In this document: positions 20,801 through 28,747 of the stretch, one piece after another | Position numbering within the stretch: the stretch's first letter is position 1 | Layout: each line of letters begins with the position of its first letter | Origin: a virus | IMG/VR virus record: IMGVR_UViG_3300012001_000008 | Span: 8,924-72,923 of that record | DNA length: 64,000 nucleotides | Direction: 5' to 3' (one strand) | The notes under the pieces: model-generated | What the model was told of the DNA's origin: nothing | The model's input: the letters and a program-made list of their open reading frames with translations, nothing else | The model's database searches: none | Translations under genes and position numbers: made by a program

Positions 20801-20801
20801 T
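14817..20801 (-). CDS. Giant fibre/adhesin: beta-sandwich N-terminus, Kelch propellers, 69 x 14-aa HTTD repeats, foldon-like C-terminus
   Basis: About 12 FGG...W Kelch blades; regular HTTDxxKR repeat; terminal YYKDSNGNWIE; start taken as ATG 20801. Confidence 0.75.
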   Translation of the reverse strand: MARTYYLSATDSALTGGVVFNKNETLVAEAAGSITVAVTNSATEASFGYTKPNEPGISTFTSGTITVNVNVTTASSSVYLAVQLERINSSGTVQESKTISAENNISTTGIKTFTFSSLTWSAGSSTDRLRIRYQFRSTNSHGGAVSVAIETGGSSTSIVTPFPTLTPTVRTLGQYADDFSTITPVGTSTTDGVTTYVNLNSEYTSGVVGNQDILKAEVQNTSTSFTNTANITERTRSQSMTAVSHGNRGANLIYDKKNKRYIFFGGYDGTTRYNEAWEQPADRPGMPWRKLSPTGTPPTAKNLAGATYVRGTATSGGADKAFMVIWGGTTGSDLSEMHALDVSTPGGESWTTVTQTNTPTAMSYITRQMAAIPVSGDASQNYVYMFGGWPGATRVNTLWRGTFDVDSPGSLTWTVLLADGAAGSPSARTGAVIDYKSSTGKLFLFGGYNGTTYLSDFWSYDIAGNAWTQITPSGTAPAGREFSSGGYDAVNNRFFYAAGFQGTQASAYNDVGYISDLDGSPAYVQLRANSTTDQAFAGNVYTANTINTDLNYLVLRGMETVDSTERYQYAIDMTEASSVVYGLSQGEYLTSRDANASIWNSDRSEWVIVGGFADMYDSATIVTGSHVGDIWAYNQSNNTWRYTNKGFKTLPPMEGIAGVYDSTRSRVIVFGGLNGGSQNSNEVWALTADSLGNYTASKLNPTGTPPSPRWLSVGIFDATNNRAIFTMGGDASTAYNQVWELSFSSSADGVWTLRTPTGTAPTAVLGPGVFNKTSNTRMYLYGGATDAALTTVSSQLVYLDYSTTSGAWVTPTSSGGTARRTPNYAYDATNDQLIIWGGFDGTNVLQSLQYFSLSGTTWASATPTGGPAARRTSMSSFISGKLYIFGGRPSTGTWYNDTWELTPNYSTPNSSTWAEKAPAVYTPFYSRFTSGTSGTSYHWQVWGTESSTDGTKVSYGGNAETASDFTIGSGVSSYTRSHTTDSNKRKAVNDTHTTDSLKRKANTLTHTTDSLKRTSSNKTHTTDTLKRKQATLTHTTSANKRLAVTKTHTTDASKKVSGLLKTHTTNTLIRKQGTASHTTDANKKVASLTRTHTTDSLKKKGGLTLTHTTDSYLRTGIQTLTVAHTTDALKRVQVTKTHTADALKRKASTQTHTTSSVLRKSGTKTHTTDSFKHIQATRTHTTDALKHVQVTKTHTTDALKRIQSVKTHATDAIKRKGNTLSHTTDTVKRTTNTLSHTTDSLRHKQVTVSHTTDALARKSITLTQTTDSFLRKSVSKTHTTDANKKKAGLTLSHTTSANKRLATTKTHTTDALKRTSSTVNHTTSAVLRKSSTLSHSTDSFLRVSKTISHTTSANKKKAQTVAHTTNSNLRKATTVLHTTDSNKRKANLTLSHTTDALKRSSNSVSHTTSAVTHKQFTKTHTTDALVRSKHTLSHTTDSFLFSQSAVSHTTDANKKKAGNSLSHATDSLIRTQGALSHTTDALRRLTSSKGHTTDSLVRKSGTHTHTTSSVLRKQVTLTHATDANKRKANVVVHTTDTLKRTQNSKFHTTDALKKTRNSLTHTTNALIRSAVSLTHTVDSLLRKRLAISHTTDTNTRKALTKTHTTDALKRTQNILSHTTDTDIRRTNTKVHTTDAFTHRSLTTSHTTDANKKKTITVVHTTDSFIHGANQLSHTTDSNKRVASIKRHHLTDANRHTANTVAHSTSSAIRKALSLSHTTDTLARKLTQLVHTTDSLLRSKRTVSHATDANIKKANSKYHTTNTLKRSRTTASHLTDAVLRTTSSISHTTDANKSVLSANTRVHTTDSLLRKVVVVTHTTDALKRISTTVSHFTDALLVRRTVVSHTTSSVIRKLFSLAQFTDANKRKADTVYHTTNANKRKLTQIVHSTDALLKQRYVITHSTDAQLRTTIVVSHATDANKRGTSEVTHTTDSSLSSASIVFHTTDSALYTLLGRKWVLINGQWVNAMVFYPVNGNWVQAEVYYKDSNGNWIEAL
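14960..17870 (-). repeat. Coding tandem repeat, 69 units of mostly 14 aa (42 bp)
   Basis: Counted in the translation; 67 units start with His; codons vary between units. Confidence 0.9.
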
Positions 20802-21189
20802 TCTTTGGCTCTCCAACCACTACTGGTTCAGCAGGGTGTAGCCATTCGCCATAGTCTTCGAAGGCTATCTTTTCTATCTTCATTAGATTGTCCCAGTGCG
20901 TGTATTTTCCATAGAGAATATGACCACTGACCTTAGTAGTGTCATCAAAGTGGGAGGTGAAGCGTAGGTCTTCTGTGAGGGCATAGTAATCGCAACCAGA
21001 AGAGTATAGACGGGTGTGCCGTCCCATGCCATCAAGTTTAACGAAGTAAATCATTACAACCTGAATGTCATCGGTAGGAGCTTTTGTCCATTCCTTGTAC
21101 GTTGTGCCTGTGTAAGTACTATCAGAGTACCAGATTTTGAATCCAGCAACTTCCTGATAGTCCAATTGTGGTGTTATAGAAGTATCCAT
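20794..21189 (-). CDS. Hypothetical protein (fibre module)
   Basis: 131-aa ORF overlapping the fibre start. Confidence 0.65.
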   Translation of the reverse strand: MDTSITPQLDYQEVAGFKIWYSDSTYTGTTYKEWTKAPTDDIQVVMIYFVKLDGMGRHTRLYSSGCDYYALTEDLRFTSHFDDTTKVSGHILYGKYTHWDNLMKIEKIAFEDYGEWLHPAEPVVVGEPKNG

Positions 21190-21216
21190 AACAATTAAGC
21201 CTTTGCGGGAGATGTC

Positions 21217-21642
21217 TTAGAGAATAGTAACGCCATCAGAGTCCGCATCCGAAGCATCCTCTTGTTCGCTCTGAGGCGGATAGAACCATTCACTGTTAGG
21301 GAGAAATTGAGAAGTAGCTTCAATGTGTCCATCAGACTCAAAGATGCCAACAATTCCCTGTTCGCCATTTTTACCAATCTTACCAACAACATGGCATGTC
21401 TCAATGACACCGCCACCTGGCGTTGCCTGATTACGGCGTCTCCAAACAAGACGTTCGCCGTGTTTGAAAGTAACAAGAAGAACGCGCTCGTTTCTAGCCC
21501 AATCCCATAACTCAAAAGACTTCAAGTTATCGAGTGGAATATCCTCATACGCGTTCCTCTGACCAGAGGCAGCTACTTGAGATAGTGAACCACCATCGTT
21601 ACTGTATGCTACCCATCTGAACTTATCACCAATATTTGACAT
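21217..21642 (-). CDS. Hypothetical protein (fibre module)
   Basis: 141-aa ORF, AAGGAG RBS. Confidence 0.65.
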   Translation of the reverse strand: MSNIGDKFRWVAYSNDGGSLSQVAASGQRNAYEDIPLDNLKSFELWDWARNERVLLVTFKHGERLVWRRRNQATPGGGVIETCHVVGKIGKNGEQGIVGIFESDGHIEATSQFLPNSEWFYPPQSEQEDASDADSDGVTIL

Positions 21643-21699
21643 TGCATTGTCTCCTTTTCCCTCATTGCATTGAGGTTAAAATACTTATTTATTTTTCAA

Positions 21700-21948
21700 T
21701 TAGCCGATAACGACGATGTTATCTTCGGTTGTCCACCAACCCTTGCCTACCACTGGTAGACCGTTGCCCTGTTCACGCTCGTCGACGAGACCGTCGAGGC
21801 TATGTGCATAGACTGTGTACTCGTCAAGCTCTACGCCAACTTTTTTACCAACTTCATCTTGTACAACTTTAACTGTACCGTTAATTGGGGTGTTCTGTGG
21901 TGTGCCGACGAGGATAGTGACCTTGTCACCTACTTTAAGTGTTGCCAT
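21700..21948 (-). CDS. SH3-fold protein resembling CAP-Gly
   Basis: LKVGDKV...GTVKVV...VGVELDE...HSLDGLV...GKGWW. Confidence 0.55.
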   Translation of the reverse strand: MATLKVGDKVTILVGTPQNTPINGTVKVVQDEVGKKVGVELDEYTVYAHSLDGLVDEREQGNGLPVVGKGWWTTEDNIVVIG

Positions 21949-21979
21949 AAAGTGTTATCTCCTTAAACCTTAGTTTATC

Positions 21980-22516
21980 TTAGCTTGATGTGTCGTCGTA
22001 CTTCCAGGTGAAAGTCTCAGCTGCTGTAGCACCTGATGCTGCTGTTGTACCGACTACGATTTGGTATACAACGTAGTTACCAAACTGACCAGTAGTGGTA
22101 GTTGTACCAGTAACTGATAGAGGTGACGCTGATGTAAACGTGAATGGGTCTACAGGAGTTGTAACTGTTGTGTAGTTAGTAGTGTTAAGTACTAGACCAG
22201 TTGTACCAGTTGTACCAGTAGCCTGTGTGTAAGCAGTAGCTTGGTTAGCTAGGGCTGTAACACCTGTACCGAAGTTATTTACGCCGTCTGTGTACCACTT
22301 CAAGTTGTCTACTGTACCGCTTGTGATAGCAGTTACATTAAGACGTGTAACGACCCAGAATGAGTAGTTAGAACCTGATGTTGGAACAAGAATGCTGTTT
22401 GCAGTACCCGCTGTTGAGTGAGCGTCTTCTGCGTTTGCACGAGTGTTGATTGATGTGATGTCAGTCGCTGTTGGACCTACACCTGTCAATCGGTTAATTA
22501 TCACTGTTGCTGCCAT
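21980..22516 (-). CDS. Thr-rich all-beta putative virion structural protein
   Basis: 178 aa, very Thr/Ala/Gly-rich, own upstream TATAAT and RBS, ends ETFTWKYDD. Confidence 0.6.
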   Translation of the reverse strand: MAATVIINRLTGVGPTATDITSINTRANAEDAHSTAGTANSILVPTSGSNYSFWVVTRLNVTAITSGTVDNLKWYTDGVNNFGTGVTALANQATAYTQATGTTGTTGLVLNTTNYTTVTTPVDPFTFTSASPLSVTGTTTTTGQFGNYVVYQIVVGTTAASGATAAETFTWKYDDTSS

Positions 22517-22571
22517 TATGTTTCCTTTTTTTGTTTATGTAGTATGTCTACTACTATTATTATACAATACC

Positions 22572-22880
22572 TTACGCCGTCTTGACCCAAGTATCTTCTG
22601 TTGTTGCATTATTCGGCGCGACACTGCCTACCCATTCGACGTATAGAGCATTTGGTCTCGCTACGTTTGGGTCTGCTTGGTGGTGCGAGCGCACGAATGT
22701 GCTGACCCCAGTTGCTCCTATATCGCCTTGGTCTCCCTTGTCTCCCTTGTCGCCTTTTGGTCCCACTTTTCCTGAGTGGTGAAGACTAACATTCGAGTTC
22801 TTCTTACTGAGCTTGACATTGTCCTTGCGATAGACGATTTTAATGGTCTTGTCTTGTTTACTAAGACGAATACTTGCCAT
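22572..22880 (-). CDS. Short collagen-like repeat protein
   Basis: GKVGPKGDKGDKGDQGDIGATG Gly-X-Y run. Confidence 0.7.
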   Translation of the reverse strand: MASIRLSKQDKTIKIVYRKDNVKLSKKNSNVSLHHSGKVGPKGDKGDKGDQGDIGATGVSTFVRSHHQADPNVARPNALYVEWVGSVAPNNATTEDTWVKTA

Positions 22881-23215
22881 TACGAAACCTCTATCTGGTC
22901 CAATGCCTCATTTACGATGAACTCTGGGAAGTCGCTTCCACAACCATCACAATCACCTTGTGGCGAAGGGTATTTCTCCGTCTGCCCAAGTGCATCTGTA
23001 ATGTTTATTTGATAGAAGTAGGTGTCAAGAGGAATCTGGGTGTCTATACCTGTGAATTGGAATGTACCAACCCCATTAGTAAGAGTGATATGCTTTGTCA
23101 AAACAAATAGTTGTCCTGGCTTGCCAATATAGATGTCGGCAGAAACTGCCGTAACATCACCTGCGTCAAGGGGTAGAGTTACGTCTTCCCCATATCTAAT
23201 ACTGATTGATTCCAT
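22880..23215 (-). CDS. Beta-sandwich structural protein (BppU N-terminal-like)
   Basis: ISIRYGED...GTFQF...DT...YFYQINITD pattern; precedes the collagen gene. Confidence 0.5.
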   Translation of the reverse strand: MESISIRYGEDVTLPLDAGDVTAVSADIYIGKPGQLFVLTKHITLTNGVGTFQFTGIDTQIPLDTYFYQINITDALGQTEKYPSPQGDCDGCGSDFPEFIVNEALDQIEVS

Positions 23216-23239
23216 TTTATCCTTTTGTGGGTTGAGTTT

Positions 23240-23309
23240 GCGACATCGTTTCCATCGCTAGGAAACTTAGACACCGTCTATGTAGCCCATACTACACGAG
23301 GAACGTCGC
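23240..23309 (-). promoter_or_regulatory. Candidate structured leader RNA (four-way junction)
   Basis: 7-bp closing stem 23240-46/23303-09 enclosing three perfect 5-6 bp hairpins. Confidence 0.5.
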
Positions 23310-23352
23310 TCTAGTCGCTAGGACTTGCTTGTGTCTACTTTTATTATAACAG

Positions 23353-23691
23353 CTACATGAAAAACAGGATTGAGCCTGTCTTCTTAGACGAACCAGCAAG
23401 GGTTGTGAAGCTAGTATTACTAGAATACTCGAATGTGTTGCCATCCCATTCACGCGCGTAGATATAGTATAGCGTCGATGGACTAAGCCCTGTTAGTGTA
23501 CCACTATACGCGCCGTTACCAGAGAGAGATATATCCTTTGAGTAGGTCGTAGAGCCACTTGTAAGACCATAGTAGAGCGTAACTAGGGAAGCTGGGTACT
23601 GGTCTCCATATGCCTGTCCAGAGATAGTGACACTCGTGCTAGAGTTATTAGCTACAGAGGTTATTGTTACATAGCCTTGTGCGCCAGCCAT
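23353..23691 (-). CDS. Fibronectin type III-like small protein
   Basis: TLTGLSPSTLYYIYA...SFTT motif; start at ATG 23691. Confidence 0.65.
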   Translation of the reverse strand: MAGAQGYVTITSVANNSSTSVTISGQAYGDQYPASLVTLYYGLTSGSTTYSKDISLSGNGAYSGTLTGLSPSTLYYIYAREWDGNTFEYSSNTSFTTLAGSSKKTGSILFFM

Positions 23692-23692
23692 T

Positions 23693-25474
23693 CTAGTAGT
23701 TGCCCATGACTGTAATACAGTCCCACTTAGCGTCCGTAGCATTGTATATCACGCCAACATACAGGTTCTTGCCAGCAACAGTGGTGGTTGGGAGAACGGC
23801 ATCTCCTGAACGGTGACTTGCAGGCCAAGTAAGAGCGCGAGCCGTGCCATTGTCCTTAATGTGGTAGAGAATACGGTTGTTGTCCGTCGGAGTACCAGTA
23901 GGTTCACTAAATGAGGCAGCAGCAGCAAGCGCCGTGATGTCTAGGGTGTTAAGACTAGCAGACCCGCTTGCTTGTGGAGTCCCAGAGCTTACAATGCTGA
24001 TGTTATTCTGGTATGCTACCTCTTTGAAGTAAACATTACGGTCTGTACCGATACGGAAGATAGACTGACCAGTTGGTACACTGATTGTCTGTGTAGTTGT
24101 GTAAAGACCATCTACAATTCTTACCTGAACCTGATAGGAGTGAGCAGAAGATGCTGTACCAGTGGCTGCAACAATAATACCCTGGTCATTAGCTGCAATT
24201 GCACCCGTACCGCTCGTCTGTGTGTTTGCTACATTTGTCCAAGATACACCAGTGATGTCTGCACCGTCTGTAATGTATCTGTATTGAACACCGCTTGTAG
24301 CATTTACTGTGTTCTTATCTACTGAGCTAATTGTGACGGGCGAAACGACACCATTAATCTTAAGGATAAGAGCGTCGTCATATCCGTTGGCGCGAATCGC
24401 TGTTGCGTTGACAGTAGGTTGAATATATGGAATTATAGTTACTGGTAGTGTTGCCAATTTGCCATTTCCACGCGAATCCACCGCTCTCGTAGAGATTGTC
24501 TGTACACCAGTAACATCAGATACGCTTCCAACAGTTAATACTGCGTCGGCAGAGCTTGAATATGATAGGTTATTAGAATACCCACCGATGTTGACCGTGT
24601 AGTGGCTCATCGTTGCGTACTTCTGTGGAGTTGCCTTATTTGCAAGAGGCACTGTCACCTGTAGCGTAGATTGACCCTGAATAAGATACTGATTGTTGCC
24701 AGTTAGCGTCGCGGTTGTCGAATTAGAGTCCGCATATGTGAATGTACTGAATATAGGGTTCGCCTGTCCCGTATCATTCTTAATAGTTACCGTTCTTGTA
24801 CGGTAGTCATAGTTATCGCCACCAAGAGAGTCATGGATACCGATATTGATGTTGAATGTATTAGAGTTTGGCGAAGAAGCCTGTAGGTGGTTGATGAGTG
24901 CCGAGTTAAAGGTATAGTTATGACGGCTTGTGGAGTTAGCGTCTGTTACCGCGCGACCAGATGGGTCATCAATGAACGAGTCTACAGCAGTGCCAGCAGG
25001 GTTGTTGAACTCTACCCACATTGGTCCTTCGTCGTAGGCTGTAATGCCACCAGAGTCCATAGAAAGCGCCGTAAGTGTAGCGTGGCGAGGGATTGTAGGC
25101 AAGTCCCAAGAACCTGAGTTAGAGTAATTGCCGTATGAGTATAGCCACCCAGTTGAGGAGATACCGAAGTTCTTTGTACCATCGGTATTGTGACCAATGT
25201 CCCAAGAACCGCTCAATAGTTGAACATCTCCACCAACAGTAATGTTAGACCAAGTGTTACCACCGATTGCCTGACCACCGTTAATGTAACCATCAACAGA
25301 TTTAATAGCATTTGAATACCAAGTAGCTGTAGCGCTACCAGATTTAGATACACCCCATTGCCAGTTAATGGTTGAGTAGTTGCCAGCTATGTTTTGACTA
25401 GCCAATTGCCATTGGAAGTAGAAATAGGTGTAGTTAGCTACGCCTGAGTTTGCTCGTCCTGATGTACTTGACAT
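23693..25474 (-). CDS. Minor tail / receptor-binding protein (DUF859-like N-terminus)
   Basis: SQNIAGNYSTINW, HNTDGTK, LPTIPR, AVDSRG motifs of siphophage tail proteins. Confidence 0.7.
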   Translation of the reverse strand: MSSTSGRANSGVANYTYFYFQWQLASQNIAGNYSTINWQWGVSKSGSATATWYSNAIKSVDGYINGGQAIGGNTWSNITVGGDVQLLSGSWDIGHNTDGTKNFGISSTGWLYSYGNYSNSGSWDLPTIPRHATLTALSMDSGGITAYDEGPMWVEFNNPAGTAVDSFIDDPSGRAVTDANSTSRHNYTFNSALINHLQASSPNSNTFNINIGIHDSLGGDNYDYRTRTVTIKNDTGQANPIFSTFTYADSNSTTATLTGNNQYLIQGQSTLQVTVPLANKATPQKYATMSHYTVNIGGYSNNLSYSSSADAVLTVGSVSDVTGVQTISTRAVDSRGNGKLATLPVTIIPYIQPTVNATAIRANGYDDALILKINGVVSPVTISSVDKNTVNATSGVQYRYITDGADITGVSWTNVANTQTSGTGAIAANDQGIIVAATGTASSAHSYQVQVRIVDGLYTTTQTISVPTGQSIFRIGTDRNVYFKEVAYQNNISIVSSGTPQASGSASLNTLDITALAAAASFSEPTGTPTDNNRILYHIKDNGTARALTWPASHRSGDAVLPTTTVAGKNLYVGVIYNATDAKWDCITVMGNY

Positions 25475-28338
25475 TAGCTTATTGCTCCTACGAAGGCTAG
25501 TCCAGCATTAACGCCAGAGGTGATTGGAATAGCCCTGATTATGTTACCAAAGTTTGTTGCGCCGTCTACCTGTAAGTTTGCAACCTGTGTTGTATCGCGG
25601 TTAACCCAGAACACCTTCTTGCTTGTTCCAGATACGTCAGAATAACCAGCGAACTCGATAGGTGTCATCACTGTATAGTCTCCTGAGTGTGTATTGCTTG
25701 ATACTCGAATACCCTCAGTTGTTAAAGCAACCTGCGTGTTGAGGATTTCAGAGTGTGACTGGTCCCATTGTACCAAAGTCTTACCTGCCATAACCCTTAA
25801 GTCAGTGATTTCGATACTAGTAGTAGTGCTTGTTGCCGCGAGAGTGATGTCCCAGTAGTTCTGTCCAGGCGTTACATTCTCTAGCTTGAGTTCTTGCCAG
25901 ACATAGCCAGTTGCACTGTCGATTGTAATAGAAAAACTTGTAACTGCATTAGAGATGGTTAGTGTTGCACCACCGTTGCCGAGTGTCTTGTTAACACGGA
26001 AGCCGATAGAGTATGGCGAGTTGTTAGCAACGCTAATACGCTGTGTAATCTGGGCGCTACTGCCTATAAGTTGTATGGCGTTACCAGATGTAGCGCCTGA
26101 GCTGAGTGAACCTGCGCTAGAGTACGATGTCACCGTTCCTGTGCCAGTCTTAGTCCAGAAGCTTAGTGAGCCATCTGTCTCTTTAGCATAGCCTACTGAG
26201 TTAAGGATTAAGTTACCACCACCAACGCTTTGAATCTGTGTCGTTACTTCATCAATCGTTTGATATACTTCTGTAAAGGCATTGGTCGTGTTAATGCCAT
26301 CTGTTACCTGCTGACTAACAATGCTTGCGATGTCATTGCCCTGCTTATCAACCTTAATCTCTGTGTTATAGATAGTCTTAAGAATACCACCAGCAGTCTG
26401 GTAGTTAATCGTCTGCGCGGTAGGGATAATAGATACGAGGCTCTCATCTACCGAACCAGCAAGAGTTAAGTGAACCTCGCTTAGGAGCGACAAGTATGTC
26501 TTTGAATCTTGTGTGTATTGAATAACGTCGCCGACCTCATACCAACCAAGACCAATTGTGCTTGCCTTGCTTGCGTTCCAGTCTGTTCCGACCAATTCTC
26601 TGTATAGTGGTGGCAATAAGTCTTGACGGTCGTCGTCGAGAATCTGTACGTTATTAATCTGCACTTCTTTAACCGCTAGGATAGAGATAGTAATAGTTCC
26701 GCTACCTGCTGTTGTTAGGTCTATGATGTTAGTGCCTGATAGTGCATCTGCGTATGTTGGTGTAAGGGCGAAGGTGTCTGCGCTACCGCCAGTATAAACG
26801 AAGTAGTTAGTACTAGGCAATAGGGGCGCTGGAAGGGTAGTTGTAGAAGATAGTTGTACAAGCGTACCATCTCCCATGCCGTTTGCTGTCACTGTTATGA
26901 GGTTAGTGCTTGTATCAACACTAGTAATCGTGCTAGAGGCAGAGTTAGGGTTCGTTTGGGCGACGTTATCGTTCTGAGGGACGCGACCAAGAACAACACT
27001 TGTGACTGGACCATACTCGTCGCCTATTGTGAGCTTCTTTAGCACTGTCGAGTCTAGCATGTCTATGCTATATGCTGTAGCATCAATATCTGCAAGGTCG
27101 CCAATGCGTGGGTCTTGAAGGATGTTGAACTTGTCCATTATTACTGTTGAACTTGTAGTTTCGGCAGCCCATGTACCAGCAGTAGGCTCTACAATGAGCG
27201 CGGTGAAGTCGATAGGATTAGCAGCAGAGTACTGAGTGACCCATGTATATCCGTCGGACGATGTCTCCCAGTATGTTGTGCCTGAGTTCTCGCGGATTCT
27301 AAAGTATACGTCATTAGCGGTGCTGTATGCAGAACTTCCAACGACTGTTCTTGTTGAGGCGACTATCTTGTACGCGTATTTAGTGTTACCACTCACCATC
27401 CAAGAGACGGCATTAGCAGCAGTCGCATCGCGTGCCTGTACAGGGTATGCTTCTAGGCTTGTAAGCGATTGGTCGCCAGCATTCACTAGCTTCATACTGA
27501 CTTGTCTACCCGTCATGTTGAATGGGGCAGAGAGCAGACCGTGGTACTGCGTAGAGCCTGATGGGAGAGCGATGTTAAGTTGACCGTTAACAATAGAGAG
27601 TTGAGCAGCGTTGTATGAGCCACCCTTCCACTTGGTTGTTGTGTCAATAATATCGAAGTCATCATCGAATGGTACAGGAGCGGTGTTGAATCGCGCGAAG
27701 ACTAGTGTTGTGTCTGTTACGCGGGCAGTTGTGCCTGTTGAGCTAGCAATCTCCTGAATAACCGTCTGTAGCGTGGCATTGGAGAGGTTAGCGTAGAGGT
27801 CTTGGAGGATTGTGTACCCTGCATTAGGGAGACTAGGGAACTCAGCCATAAGGCTAAGACCAAGCGTTGAGGCAATACCCTGAGCAAGAGCAGTCACCGT
27901 AAGGGGGAATGTAACGATACCAGCAGAGTAAGGGGTCCTGCTAGCAGTCCACATGTGGTCGTATAGGGTAATAGTGGTGCTTCCAGCATCATAATCATAG
28001 GCAACAGTGTCTACAATGTAGAATCCTTCGCTAATATAGTCGTAACCAGACACGCTTGGGTCATTATTGTATAGACCAAGACGAATCTGGAATAGTTCGC
28101 CAGATACAGCGCCACTGATAATACCAATAAGCTTGACTGTCGCCTTCTTTGTTACTGTGCCGAGGAATCCACCAACAGAGTCAATACCGACAGACATAAG
28201 TGTGTCTGATGAGGTGTACTTAGCAGTCGTGTCGTCGTAGTAGCCGTATGGGTCTTGTGTTTGGCGGACAACAATAACATCACTCTGTTTTACAGGTGCT
28301 TGAGCGAGAGTCTCAAAGACAGAGTCATGGATAATCAT
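25474..28338 (-). CDS. Tail tip/hub protein with inserted lectin-like domains
   Basis: 954 aa; TITLYDHM, WYEVGDVI, TEIKVDKQ coiled coil, GGNLILNS carbohydrate-binding-like domain. Confidence 0.7.
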   Translation of the reverse strand: MIIHDSVFETLAQAPVKQSDVIVVRQTQDPYGYYDDTTAKYTSSDTLMSVGIDSVGGFLGTVTKKATVKLIGIISGAVSGELFQIRLGLYNNDPSVSGYDYISEGFYIVDTVAYDYDAGSTTITLYDHMWTASRTPYSAGIVTFPLTVTALAQGIASTLGLSLMAEFPSLPNAGYTILQDLYANLSNATLQTVIQEIASSTGTTARVTDTTLVFARFNTAPVPFDDDFDIIDTTTKWKGGSYNAAQLSIVNGQLNIALPSGSTQYHGLLSAPFNMTGRQVSMKLVNAGDQSLTSLEAYPVQARDATAANAVSWMVSGNTKYAYKIVASTRTVVGSSAYSTANDVYFRIRENSGTTYWETSSDGYTWVTQYSAANPIDFTALIVEPTAGTWAAETTSSTVIMDKFNILQDPRIGDLADIDATAYSIDMLDSTVLKKLTIGDEYGPVTSVVLGRVPQNDNVAQTNPNSASSTITSVDTSTNLITVTANGMGDGTLVQLSSTTTLPAPLLPSTNYFVYTGGSADTFALTPTYADALSGTNIIDLTTAGSGTITISILAVKEVQINNVQILDDDRQDLLPPLYRELVGTDWNASKASTIGLGWYEVGDVIQYTQDSKTYLSLLSEVHLTLAGSVDESLVSIIPTAQTINYQTAGGILKTIYNTEIKVDKQGNDIASIVSQQVTDGINTTNAFTEVYQTIDEVTTQIQSVGGGNLILNSVGYAKETDGSLSFWTKTGTGTVTSYSSAGSLSSGATSGNAIQLIGSSAQITQRISVANNSPYSIGFRVNKTLGNGGATLTISNAVTSFSITIDSATGYVWQELKLENVTPGQNYWDITLAATSTTTSIEITDLRVMAGKTLVQWDQSHSEILNTQVALTTEGIRVSSNTHSGDYTVMTPIEFAGYSDVSGTSKKVFWVNRDTTQVANLQVDGATNFGNIIRAIPITSGVNAGLAFVGAIS

Positions 28339-28592
28339 TAGTTAATTGGCTGAATCCTTACGCCAGTTTGGATTTGTGCATTTTTATCTGCGCCGAATAG
28401 GAAGTTTAGTCCACATTTACGGCAACGTGCCTCGCCAGCAGAGCCAGCAGTCACCTTAACACAAAGGGAGTTACACTTATATAGCTTGTTGTCAGACTTG
28501 CTGATACGTTCGTAGGGGCATCGTACCTCTAGGAGTGTAGTTGGCTCATCTGGTAGGCTATCGGTGTCTTGGAGGGGGTTTTCTGTGTTCAT
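28338..28592 (-). CDS. Zinc-ribbon protein, Mu Com-like
   Basis: LEVRCP...CNSLCVKV...EARCRKCG. Confidence 0.55.
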   Translation of the reverse strand: MNTENPLQDTDSLPDEPTTLLEVRCPYERISKSDNKLYKCNSLCVKVTAGSAGEARCRKCGLNFLFGADKNAQIQTGVRIQPIN

Positions 28593-28650
28593 GTAATCTC
28601 TTTTGGATTTAATTTATATCTATTACCAGTATACCACTACCAATAACTCA

Positions 28651-28690
28651 AAAAACAAGCCCCACAGCGAGCTTTGCTGAGGGACTTGGG
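28651..28690 (-). terminator. Intrinsic terminator
   Basis: Minus strand CAAGTCCCTCAGCAAAGCTCGCTGTGGGGCTTG followed by TTTTT. Confidence 0.6.
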
Positions 28691-28705
28691 CAATTGGTGC
28701 TTTTT

Positions 28706-28745
28706 GTGTCTAAAACGCGTTAGAGAGGCTTAGAACGCGTCACAG
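28706..28745 (-). repeat. ~40-bp periodic intergenic element (copy 2)
   Basis: Minus strand CTGTGACGCGTTCTAAGCCTCTCTAACGCGTTTTAGACAC aligns without gaps to 9879-9918. Confidence 0.6.
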
Positions 28746-28747
28746 GA

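Noticed and set aside
23240-23309. Canonical tRNA gene
   Set aside because: No TTCRA loop, middle loop only 3 nt, no CCA; kept only as a structured leader
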